Source of the DNA: a virus | Direction: 5' to 3' (one strand) | UHGV virus genome: UHGV-0204897 | DNA length: 49,111 bases | Shown: positions 25,951 through 33,605 of the stretch, in pieces | Position numbering within the stretch: position 1 is the stretch's first letter | Layout: every line of letters starts with the position of its first letter | Notes under the pieces: generated by a model | What the model was told of the DNA's origin: nothing | Databases searched by the model: none | The model's input: the letters and a program-made list of their open reading frames with translations, nothing else | Position numbers and translations under genes: made by a program

Positions 25951-26195
25951 GATGCCTCCCGCTTTTCTTTGATGTCGGCGCGGAGGTGAATCTCTTTCCC
26001 ATCAGCTGTCGGGAATATCAGGATGTCATCGCGAACCGCGAGAAGATGGGCCACTGCAAATAGCGCCTCGTCTGTGACATCAAATTTCTCACCGGTGAAC
26101 TCGCGAACACCGGGCGCCAATTTGCTCGGCTTTGAACGACCCGCGAAAATTCGCTTCGTCAGGCCTGTAAAACCTACTGTGATTGGGTTGCTCAT
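25947..26195 (-). CDS. Hypothetical early protein
   Basis: ORF only. Confidence 0.4.
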   Translation of the reverse strand: MSNPITVGFTGLTKRIFAGRSKPSKLAPGVREFTGEKFDVTDEALFAVAHLLAVRDDILIFPTADGKEIHLRADIKEKREAS

Positions 26196-26317
26196 AAATC
26201 CTCTTGGCCTTATCGCGGCGAACGGAACGGTTAATACAAGACTTCTGCGCTAATGGGCGGTGGATGGCCGCCGGTTGTCATAAATGGGCAGACTCGAAAA
26301 TCTGCCTATGTATGGCC

Positions 26318-26345
26318 AATAAAAAACCCGCCGGAGCGGGTTAAT
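26318..26345 (-). terminator. Strong intrinsic terminator inside the early-left operon
   Basis: Minus strand AACCCGC-tccg-GCGGGTT followed by TTTTTATTGG. Confidence 0.7.
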
Positions 26346-26604
26346 CTTCTTCTTCTCTTTCAACCGCGTCGGCTAATGACTGATCAACTTCAATGGTCTG
26401 CATGAAACATTCGTCATCAACGTCTTCGTATTGCTCCCTGAAGCTATCGGCGAGAGTGGAAACTGGATTCCATCTCATACCGCCAGCTGCATGCTCCGCG
26501 TCACCATCTGATCCACAATCCCAAGTGGAACCATCAGGTTCTCGCTCTAAAAAACCGACACACTCTGTCTTCTGTGGATTCCAGACCAGAACAACTTTTG
26601 CCAT
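26341..26604 (-). CDS. Small highly acidic early protein (87 aa)
   Basis: Start MAKVVLVWNP follows RBS 'gagggtaagg'. Asp/Glu-rich (...DVDDECFMQTIEVDQSLADAVEREEED). Flanked by terminators. Confidence 0.5.
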   Translation of the reverse strand: MAKVVLVWNPQKTECVGFLEREPDGSTWDCGSDGDAEHAAGGMRWNPVSTLADSFREQYEDVDDECFMQTIEVDQSLADAVEREEED

Positions 26605-26639
26605 CGCCTTACCCTCTGTCGTTACCCGCTGACGGGCGT

Positions 26640-26676
26640 AAAAAAGGCCGCCTAAGCGACCTCTGGTTAATTCGAT
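26640..26676 (-). terminator. Intrinsic terminator (second copy of the GGTCGC...GCGGCC-T6 module)
   Basis: Minus strand AGGTCGC-ttag-GCGGCC followed by TTTTTTAC, then the GCCCG...CGGGT hairpin. Confidence 0.5.
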
Positions 26677-26876
26677 ACAACAACTCCCTGATACCATTTC
26701 TGGAAAATTACCTTCCTAACCTTGAGGGTTCCTAATTGGTAATTGTCACCAAAAAGACTGGTGCCAAAGAATTCAGTCCAGCCAATATTTCTTTTGGAAA
26801 CAGTTCTCAATTGGCCTTCATGCTCGACCGTTTCTCCCGGCTTTATTTGTGAGATGTGACACTCAACTATGCGCAT
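26667..26876 (-). CDS. Hypothetical protein (69 aa), AT-rich
   Basis: Preceded by the repeated CAACTTATTGAGG translation-initiation region. Confidence 0.4.
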   Translation of the reverse strand: MRIVECHISQIKPGETVEHEGQLRTVSKRNIGWTEFFGTSLFGDNYQLGTLKVRKVIFQKWYQGVVVSN

Positions 26877-26898
26877 ATAGACTCACCTCAATAAGTTG

Positions 26899-27033
26899 TT
26901 ACCCCCACCAGGAACCATTTTCATCTATCCATTCACACCATTGGTCAACCGTCCATTTAGATGAATCGGCATCAGGAACGCGGCATGAGTAAAGCCCCTC
27001 TCTGTAAAGTCGGCGCTTAGTTTTTTTCAGCAT
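26899..27033 (-). CDS. Small basic protein (44 aa, MLKKTKRRLYREG...). First ORF downstream of pL.
   Basis: RBS 'gaggg' within the second copy of CAACTTATTGAGGG. Below the ORF-track cut-off. Confidence 0.3.
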   Translation of the reverse strand: MLKKTKRRLYREGLYSCRVPDADSSKWTVDQWCEWIDENGSWWG

Positions 27034-27424
27034 ATTGCCCTCAATAAGTTGCCATTAACGCGAAATGCTTTGGCGATTGGATGGCCGGTGCTGATCTCCG
27101 GCATTGCCTACGTTAGCGGCCTTCAGACAGTTCATCCGCTCGCTTCCACGTCGCGCATCAGCCTGCGCATTCACCCAATCCCAAAACATTCCCTATATTG
27201 GTCAGCGCCAACTACCTGCCAGTGTTGCCCGTTCTCACGCCGTTCTCGCTCTCGCGCGGGGATACTCTCTCACCGACCGGATCGCACCCGGTGATACAGC
27301 ACGTTTTTCGTGTAAGGGTCTAAACAGGTCATTGACGCTGTAAATCTGCATGTTGTTAAAAAGCAGGCGACTTGCTGTCCGCCGCTGGCTAACTTCGCTC
27401 AGCTGTCGATGTTTCGTTTCGATG

Positions 27425-27475
27425 GATTGATAATCACATATTGTGTTTTATTGGTCAACACGAATTGTGATTAAT
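27425..27475 (-). promoter_or_regulatory. OL/pL: leftward early promoter with two repressor operators
   Basis: Operators CACATATTGTG (27435-27445) and CACGAATTGTG (27459-27469), the latter identical to the OR sites. Minus-strand -35 TTGACC (plus 27453-27458) and -10 GATTAT (plus 27430-27435) at 17-bp spacing. Confidence 0.55.
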
Positions 27476-27568
27476 GATGACAACAAAGCGTGTTGTTGCT
27501 GATTTGAAAGGGAATTTATTTTTTTAAATACCAGTGCTACGCTTAAAAAAACAGCAGGAGGGATGTGC

Positions 27569-27766
27569 ATGGTTCTGGATGAAGAGCGTATAAGCATGAA
27601 AATTCAGGCGATGGGGCGGGCGGTGATGGAATTGTCACTGGCTGATTTACCCATGACCCAGCAAAACATCATCGACAAGCTGAAGCAGTACCGGAAGGAA
27701 ACAGGAAACGTGATAGGGAAGGAGGTGAACAGGGATGCTGCGGAGATAGTCAGGAAAGGGCAATAA
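27569..27766 (+). CDS. Small hypothetical protein (65 aa), convergent with the rex-position gene
   Basis: RBS 'ggaggg' lies 6 nt before the ATG at 27569. The protein is soluble. Its stop abuts the shared terminator hairpin. Confidence 0.45.
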   Translation: MVLDEERISMKIQAMGRAVMELSLADLPMTQQNIIDKLKQYRKETGNVIGKEVNRDAAEIVRKGQ

Positions 27767-27788
27767 AAACCCGGCGCAGTGGCCGGGT
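27765..27788 (-). terminator. Terminator ending the cI-side transcript (minus strand)
   Basis: CCCGGC-gcagtg-GCCGGG hairpin with AAAAA on the plus side, which reads TTTTTATTG on the minus strand. Confidence 0.6.
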
Positions 27789-27802
27789 GGTGGTGAAAAA
27801 TA

Positions 27803-28666
27803 CTATTTGGCATCCACTATAAATAGCCTATTTATTTGCCCTTTTTTCACAGTGGCCTTTGCAGTTATTGTGAATATGGATGATATGTCGCCCTTCGTTG
27901 AGATATAGGCGCTAAGGGCATTGAGGTAGGGGTTGTTCTTTTTGCTTGCAGCAGGATCACTGATTTCAGAAGTTATTCTCTTCTTCGAATCATCTCCTTC
28001 AAGTATGATCTTTGCTGTCATATTCTGTGCGTCAAACTCCGTAAGGTAAGCTCGATACTCTCTTAATCCTACAATCTCATCATCTTCAAGCTTGTCTATC
28101 TGCTCTTTATCCGCCGCGTCCACCTTTAAAAGACACCCATCTTTGTTAGTGGAAATGCTGATTTGATCACATGTGTTTCCAATCGGAGAAACGGCCTGCC
28201 GAACTGCGGGGCGAAGTTCTACAGCCATCTTATCAATCACTGAGATTAACTTATCGATGGTTCCAGAGTCCTTGTTACCTAGCGCCTCTATGGCCTTTTC
28301 GAGAACCTGCTGTAGAGCTTTCATTTCATCTTTCTTGTTCGAATTTCTCGCAAATATATATTGAAGTATCGCACCCAGTATAGTTGCGGCGATCCCTGAG
28401 AACAACTGATTCTGAGTAACGAAATTTAGCGCAGCTTCTAAAGTGAAGCAATTTGCCCTTGCCTCTCTCGCATATACCTTAACGTCTTGATATGTGGATA
28501 TTTTGCTGTATTTCTGAGTGGCTGAAAATGATGCTGCTGTAGATAAAACTTTAGAGAATCCCTTTAGAGACTCCCCAAGGCAATTGAGATCAATTTCATG
28601 GTTTTCAGCGTCCTTACCGTCATATCTTAGTGATATCTTTATATCTTGTAATACCCCGTCATCCAT
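27803..28666 (-). CDS. Uncharacterised membrane-associated protein in the rex/immunity-accessory position. Candidate exclusion or abortive-infection protein.
   Basis: 287 aa immediately downstream of cI, as lambda rexAB is. Markedly AT-rich. One central hydrophobic helix ([19 protein letters not shown]) and a coiled-coil-like C-terminal half. No recognisable family. Confidence 0.6.
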   Translation of the reverse strand: MDDGVLQDIKISLRYDGKDAENHEIDLNCLGESLKGFSKVLSTAASFSATQKYSKISTYQDVKVYAREARANCFTLEAALNFVTQNQLFSGIAATILGAILQYIFARNSNKKDEMKALQQVLEKAIEALGNKDSGTIDKLISVIDKMAVELRPAVRQAVSPIGNTCDQISISTNKDGCLLKVDAADKEQIDKLEDDEIVGLREYRAYLTEFDAQNMTAKIILEGDDSKKRITSEISDPAASKKNNPYLNALSAYISTKGDISSIFTITAKATVKKGQINRLFIVDAK

Positions 28667-28715
28667 AACTGCATCCTCAATTCATTGTCATTTGATCGTT
28701 CAGTTCACTCATCGG

Positions 28716-29357
28716 CTAAACCAGCCGCAGCTTCGTCTCTACAGCTACACCAATGATACGGCAGTTACCATTAATAGGCACGAGTGGCCATTGCGGGTTG
28801 AGGCCCTTCAGATACTTCTGTGCACCATCGATCACCAGTTTCTTAAAGGTCGCCTCGTTCGAATCGGATAGCTTAGCTATAACCAGACTGCCATTTACCG
28901 CATCTCTACCGGTGTCGAAAAGTACATAGGTTCCTTCAGGTATGCTCAAGCCAGTAGGGGCTGTCATTGACTCGCCCTCAACGAGCAACCAGAACGCCTC
29001 CCCCTGAATGTGAGCATCTGATTCAAGCCAAAGGTCGATATCTTTAAGGGTGTACGGCTCAACAGCTTCGCACCATGCTCCTGCCTGCACCTTGCTTATA
29101 ACTGGGTATTTATCACCTGGCTTGTAAGGGCCTTTGTAGTCATCGCCAAAAAGCAGCTCGGCAGGCGCAACCCCCAGCGCCTTAGCTATTACAGTTGCAT
29201 CATCAACGCTAACGCTCCTGGTGCCTGATTCGTAATTCCCTATGCGTGACTGCGAGGCCCACCCGCAAAGCTCTGCGAGAGCCTTTTGTGACAGCCCTTT
29301 ATCTTCGCGAAGTCGCTTAATGCGGCCCGCTATATCTTCGATTCTATTCATTCTCAT
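28716..29357 (-). CDS. cI: CI-type repressor (N-terminal HTH plus C-terminal S24 LexA-like peptidase domain)
   Basis: HTH GLSQKALAELCGWASQSRIGNYESG. An Ala-Gly (VQAGAW) cleavage-site candidate. S24 Ser in VEGESMTA and Lys in ATFKKL. Confidence 0.9.
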   Translation of the reverse strand: MRMNRIEDIAGRIKRLREDKGLSQKALAELCGWASQSRIGNYESGTRSVSVDDATVIAKALGVAPAELLFGDDYKGPYKPGDKYPVISKVQAGAWCEAVEPYTLKDIDLWLESDAHIQGEAFWLLVEGESMTAPTGLSIPEGTYVLFDTGRDAVNGSLVIAKLSDSNEATFKKLVIDGAQKYLKGLNPQWPLVPINGNCRIIGVAVETKLRLV

Positions 29358-29362
29358 TTTGT

Positions 29363-29432
29363 ATCACGCGCCGTGTTAAAAAGCTTTACACGAATTGTGT
29401 TGATTAATAATCACGAATTGTGTTTAATGATG
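29363..29432. promoter_or_regulatory. OR region: three operators with pR, and pRM inferred
   Basis: Operators CACGCGCCGTG (29365-29375), CACGAATTGTG (29390-29400) and CACGAATTGTG (29413-29423). pR -35 TTGATT (29400-29405) and -10 TTTAAT (29423-29428) at 17-bp spacing. Confidence 0.6.
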
Positions 29433-29460
29433 CTGAGTGACCATTCTTGAAAGGATCAGC

Positions 29461-29667
29461 ATGAACAATATCGCCAACGAACGTAAGAAGCTTGGCATCA
29501 CTCAATCAGAGTTAGCAGGTTCGTGCGGCTGGAACCAGTCCCGCCTTGCTAACTATGAAGCTGGCATACGAGCACCAGACCTGGATTCGTGCCGCCGCCT
29601 GGTTGACGCGATGAATAAGCTGGGGAGCAATACATCTCTCGATGCGTTGTTCCCACCAAAAAAATAA
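29461..29667 (+). CDS. cro: Cro-like HTH (XRE family) repressor
   Basis: RBS 'aaagga'. HTH LGITQSELAGSCGWNQSRLANYEAG. First gene from pR. Confidence 0.8.
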   Translation: MNNIANERKKLGITQSELAGSCGWNQSRLANYEAGIRAPDLDSCRRLVDAMNKLGSNTSLDALFPPKK

Positions 29668-29717
29668 TGCCGCCTGATTGGCGGCCATAACCAATTACAT
29701 CAGAGGAAGTATCGCAA

Positions 29718-29939
29718 ATGGAAACCTTAACGACACGCAACAAAGCGGAGGCACGACGAATTGAGAGTTGGGTGCAGCGTCAAATCGCTGATCTGGGTAC
29801 CGCCCGGATAGCCGAAGTAGCTGGCATCAACAAATCCACAGTCAGCCGGTGGCGGGAAAACCTGGTACCGAACATGTCGCTGCTGCTGGCCATCCTGATT
29901 TCGAACAGGGATGGAGTGAAGGGAGATTTTGAAGCATGA
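29718..29939 (+). CDS. cII: CII-like transcriptional activator
   Basis: 73 aa in the cII position, with HTH IAEVAGINKSTVSRWR. Confidence 0.5.
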   Translation: METLTTRNKAEARRIESWVQRQIADLGTARIAEVAGINKSTVSRWRENLVPNMSLLLAILISNRDGVKGDFEA

Positions 29940-30166
29940 ACGCAGAAATGGCGAAAGCCGCGGTGCTCGAACACCAACGGCTTTCTGGTGCAAAAACGAC
30001 AGTAGTTGCAGGAGGAATAATGGCAAAAAATCCACGCTATTACCATACCGCTGTACATAAAAACATAACCCGCGACCGCTTCATCCGCTCGGTTAATCCG
30101 ATTGTGGCGGAGAAGATGCGCGCCATCCTGGAAGAACTGAAACGTAAGGAGAGTGGCCGTGGGTAA
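29936..30166 (+). CDS. Hypothetical protein (76 aa)
   Basis: ORF between the cII-like and O-like genes. Confidence 0.35.
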   Translation: MNAEMAKAAVLEHQRLSGAKTTVVAGGIMAKNPRYYHTAVHKNITRDRFIRSVNPIVAEKMRAILEELKRKESGRG

Positions 30167-31244
30167 CCTCGCAAAAGTAATACCTTTCAGACCGTCTGTA
30201 ACGGTCGTGGAGCGTCAGGTGGCAGATATCGATGATGGGTATACCCGCATCGCTAACGAGCTGCTGGAAGCGGTTATGGCTGCTGATTTAACGGCTCGCC
30301 AGCTGAAGGTCGTTCTGGCGGTGATCCGCAAAACTTACGGGTTCGGGAAAAAGTTTGACCGCATTACCAATACCCAGATTGCAGCAATGACCGGCATTCA
30401 CCATACGCATGTCTGCAAGGCCAAGAACGAGATGATTGCAATGAACATCATCGTTACCAACGGTCTGGCGATCGGGGTGAATAAGGTGATTTCTGACTGG
30501 AATTTCAGCATTAGCCAAAATGGCAAATCATTAGCCGAAACAGCTAATGAAACATTAGCCAAGTCAGCTAATACCCATAAGCCAACTCAGCTAAACACAA
30601 AAGAAACTATTCAAAAGAAAGAAAGAAAAGATCCCCCTAAATCCCCCCAGGGGGAAAACTCACTCGCTCAGGAAGTGATGGATTACTTCAACGAGCTAAC
30701 GGGTAGTCGTTGTGCTGCACTGGCGCCTTTTGAGAAAGCTCTCTCCACGGTGAAGAGCAAAGACCAGTGCTACACCGCTGAAGAGCTGAAGCTGGTTATC
30801 CGCTGGGCCCATGTGAACTGGGGTCACAGCTTCAAGCCAGAGAACCTGTGCCGTATGACCCGCTTTGATGGATACCTGTCAGACGCCCTGATATGGGCAG
30901 ATGGTCATGGAAGCAACCCGAAAGCCTGTCCGCACGAAGAGATCATCAAGCTCTGGAATGAAAAATTCCCTTCGAAGGCCGTTTCACTGCATGAGTGGAA
31001 CCGCCGCCGTCCGGCCTATCGAGACCTGGAAGCTGTGTGGAACGGCAAAACCACCCAGGGCAACTGGCGAGAACTGAAGCACATGGGAATGGCCTTCGAG
31101 CTGATTAGCAAGTCTTCCCTGTTCGGCACCAGAGGCGATCAGCCATGGCTGACTCTCGACTGGATACTGAATCCGAAGAACTGGGGATCTGTCTACGAGC
31201 AGGCCATCAACGAGCACCGTGAGCGCAAGGGAGTCAAAGCATGA
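30153..31244 (+). CDS. O: Replication initiator (lambda O-like N-terminal domain plus conserved phage C-terminal domain)
   Basis: N-terminus ...DGYTRIANELLEAVMAADLTARQLKVVLAVIRKTYGFGKKFDRITNTQIAAMTGI.... Iterons lie inside the gene. The likely GTG start is at about 30159, after RBS 'aaggaga'. Confidence 0.75.
   Translation: MAVGNLAKVIPFRPSVTVVERQVADIDDGYTRIANELLEAVMAADLTARQLKVVLAVIRKTYGFGKKFDRITNTQIAAMTGIHHTHVCKAKNEMIAMNIIVTNGLAIGVNKVISDWNFSISQNGKSLAETANETLAKSANTHKPTQLNTKETIQKKERKDPPKSPQGENSLAQEVMDYFNELTGSRCAALAPFEKALSTVKSKDQCYTAEELKLVIRWAHVNWGHSFKPENLCRMTRFDGYLSDALIWADGHGSNPKACPHEEIIKLWNEKFPSKAVSLHEWNRRRPAYRDLEAVWNGKTTQGNWRELKHMGMAFELISKSSLFGTRGDQPWLTLDWILNPKNWGSVYEQAINEHRERKGVKA
30510..30650. 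repeat. Putative origin: iterons followed by an AT-rich tract, inside the O-like gene
   Basis: CATTAGCC repeated three times and CAGCTAA(T) repeated three times between 30518 and 30600, then aagaaactattcaaaagaaagaaagaaaag. Confidence 0.5.
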
Positions 31245-32614
31245 GCCGTTTTATTGATTTATACGTTGAGCAGGCCGTCATTGGCGGAATAATGCTTGCA
31301 GCAGGTCGCGCAGATGGCGCCGACATGGCTACCGATGCGATTGAGGGCCTGACTGAGGACCACTTCACAGCAACGCCCCATAAAGTGGCTCTGCGGTCCT
31401 ATAAGCGACTCAACGAATCCGGTTCGAAGATAGACCTGCTTACGCTGACCAGCGATCTTGAGCAGCTCGGGGTGCTTGAGAGTGCGGGTGGTTTCGCTTA
31501 CCTGGCTGAATGCAGCAAAAACACTCCGTCTTTCGCCAACCTTGCAGCCTACTGCGAAAAGCTTCGTGAAATGTACCTTGGTCGCCGTATGACCATGGCG
31601 TTACAGGTTGGGATCCAGAAGCTGTCCGAACCAACGACCGAGGGTATTGCTGACATCATTGGCAACATTCAGGCCGACATCTCTGGAATTGAGCACAGCG
31701 CTGACTACGGAACTGAACACATCACCACTGGCATCGACATGTCGCTGGAAACAATCCAGGCGATCATCAATGGCGACATCTGGAAATATAAAACAGAGCT
31801 CGGCATGTCGACCATCGATAGCGCTTTCGGAGGATTCAACAATACGGATTTTATCGTCGTTGGCGGGCGCCCTGGCATGGGGAAAACCATGTTTAGCACC
31901 ACAGTGACAGAAACCGTAGGCCTGAAAAACAAAAAGCCGGTGCTGTTCTTCAGTCTCGAGATGCCAGTGGAACAAATCTCTGAGCGAGTCGCTTTCCACC
32001 GGGCGCGGGTAAGCAAAGAAGACCTGCTGAGCAAGGTTAGCGGAAAAATGGACGAGGCATGGGGAAAGGTTAGTCACTGCATGAAGGAGTTCATCGACTC
32101 TCCGATCTACATCAACGACAAGCCATCCCTCAGCGTTCATCAGGTGCGAGCGGAAGCCAGGCGAATGAGCAAGAAACTGGGTGGACTTGGTGTGGTCATT
32201 GTCGATTACCTCCAGAAGATGCGCATGTCTGACCCTGAGAACATGAACCGCAGCGTAGGGGAGATCGCCACCGGCCTGAAGAACCTGGCGAAAGAGTTGC
32301 GTTGCCCGGTCATCGCACTGGCTCAGCTTAACCGTAAGGTCGAAGAACGTGCTAATAAGCGCCCGGTCGCAGCTGACCTCCGCGAGTCCGGTGTTATCGA
32401 GCAGGAAGCCGATGTGATTTTCATGATCTACCGGGATGAGAAATACAACCCGAACACCGAACTGAAAGGCATCACCGAAATCATCTGTGTGAAGTCCCGC
32501 CATGCGCCGGGGGCAGAAAAGACCTACCACTTCAGCAGCCGCTACTCAGGCCTGGACCCGGTAGATTTCACCTACAGCGGCCAGATGCAACAGGAGGCTG
32601 ACTATGAGTGCTAA
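31241..32614 (+). CDS. Replicative DNA helicase (DnaB family)
   Basis: Walker A GGRPGMGKT with DnaB-like N- and C-terminal regions. 457 aa. Confidence 0.9.
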   Translation: MSRFIDLYVEQAVIGGIMLAAGRADGADMATDAIEGLTEDHFTATPHKVALRSYKRLNESGSKIDLLTLTSDLEQLGVLESAGGFAYLAECSKNTPSFANLAAYCEKLREMYLGRRMTMALQVGIQKLSEPTTEGIADIIGNIQADISGIEHSADYGTEHITTGIDMSLETIQAIINGDIWKYKTELGMSTIDSAFGGFNNTDFIVVGGRPGMGKTMFSTTVTETVGLKNKKPVLFFSLEMPVEQISERVAFHRARVSKEDLLSKVSGKMDEAWGKVSHCMKEFIDSPIYINDKPSLSVHQVRAEARRMSKKLGGLGVVIVDYLQKMRMSDPENMNRSVGEIATGLKNLAKELRCPVIALAQLNRKVEERANKRPVAADLRESGVIEQEADVIFMIYRDEKYNPNTELKGITEIICVKSRHAPGAEKTYHFSSRYSGLDPVDFTYSGQMQQEADYEC

Positions 32615-32918
32615 GACGATGAAAGGCAAACAGGCAATTCTGCGTTATCTCGAAACGCACCGGACCTTCACAGCGAAGGATGTGGCCACAGAGTGTGGCA
32701 TGACCATCAACTGCATCACGAAGAACGCTATCGATCTGGAGCGGGACCGGAAGATTGTGCGCGTGAGCAAGGTCTGGCGAACGGTGACTTATCGCCTGGC
32801 GACGCCAGAAGAACAGGCTGGTACAGCGCGCAGCTGTACCAACGGAATATTTCAGGAGTGCCGCAACAGCGCGGCTATGAAGCGAGTATTGATGGTTTGG
32901 GGGAGGGTAGGGGTATGA
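32604..32918 (+). CDS. Hypothetical protein (possible winged-helix)
   Basis: ORF only. Confidence 0.4.
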   Translation: MSAKTMKGKQAILRYLETHRTFTAKDVATECGMTINCITKNAIDLERDRKIVRVSKVWRTVTYRLATPEEQAGTARSCTNGIFQECRNSAAMKRVLMVWGRVGV

Positions 32919-33367
32919 GCAACATCGACAAACGCGCACAGAAGGAACTCTATGCGAAAGTTGAGCGGCAGGCTCATTCGCTTCGCGGGAATCCTCGCGA
33001 ATACCAGGCAGTAACTGGCTTGTGTCCGGTAAACGTTATCGAAATGCACGCACAGAAAATTCAGGCGCTGCTGGATGAGCTGGAAGCCGCAGATGCGCTG
33101 AATAAACATTTGGAGTTGGCAATCCGAAGAGCTGAGGGTTGTAGCGAGGCGTTAAGGAGAAAACTAGAGGCCGCAGAGGAGCGCATTGCTGAACTTAGTG
33201 AATTACCCATGAAGTCTGATGTTGAAAAAAAACCTCAGAATACCTTGAGTGGCAGACCAGTTTACCTCGGCGATGGCAGTGACGCTAAGGAGACGCTGAT
33301 TGCAGGTAAGCGTGATATTCATCGCTACGGGAGTTTGATAACAGATAAAGCCTGGAAAGGAGATTGA
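32915..33367 (+). CDS. Hypothetical coiled-coil protein
   Basis: ATGA overlap with the previous gene, and the start MSNIDKRAQKELY lies inside a longer ORF. Confidence 0.4.
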   Translation: MSNIDKRAQKELYAKVERQAHSLRGNPREYQAVTGLCPVNVIEMHAQKIQALLDELEAADALNKHLELAIRRAEGCSEALRRKLEAAEERIAELSELPMKSDVEKKPQNTLSGRPVYLGDGSDAKETLIAGKRDIHRYGSLITDKAWKGD

Positions 33368-33368
33368 T

Positions 33369-33605
33369 ATGGCTCGTTTTATCGCAGTTATTCACGGGTG
33401 GTTCGTCGACAGCAAGGGTTTTGATGTGCATGAACTTAGCGCAACGGACAAGGAATCGGCCCACAACGAAGCGGTGCTGTTGAAGCATAAACGAGAAAGC
33501 ACTTTCTGCTCATGTGCCTGCACTGTAGTTGAGATTGCTGACAACGAAAGATTGCCACGCAAGTTAACTCTACGCGAACGTCTGACAGGGAGGACTAACC
33601 CATGA
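33369..33605 (+). CDS. Hypothetical protein
   Basis: ORF only. Confidence 0.4.
   Translation: MARFIAVIHGWFVDSKGFDVHELSATDKESAHNEAVLLKHKRESTFCSCACTVVEIADNERLPRKLTLRERLTGRTNP

Noticed and set aside
27049-27343. Plus-strand ORFs 27049-27294 and 27104-27343
   Set aside because: They lie antisense to the pL leader, lack an RBS, and their Arg/Ser-rich translations look like non-coding sequence.
27225-27350. 41-aa minus-strand ORF with an Arg-rich tail (VREYPRARARTA), considered as an N-like antiterminator
   Set aside because: It has no Shine-Dalgarno sequence, its arginine-rich stretch is at the C-terminus rather than N-terminal as in N proteins, and it sits inside a structured leader. I left it unannotated.
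31601-32530. 309-aa minus-strand ORF
   Set aside because: Entirely antisense to the DnaB-family helicase gene, and its composition shows no protein-like features.
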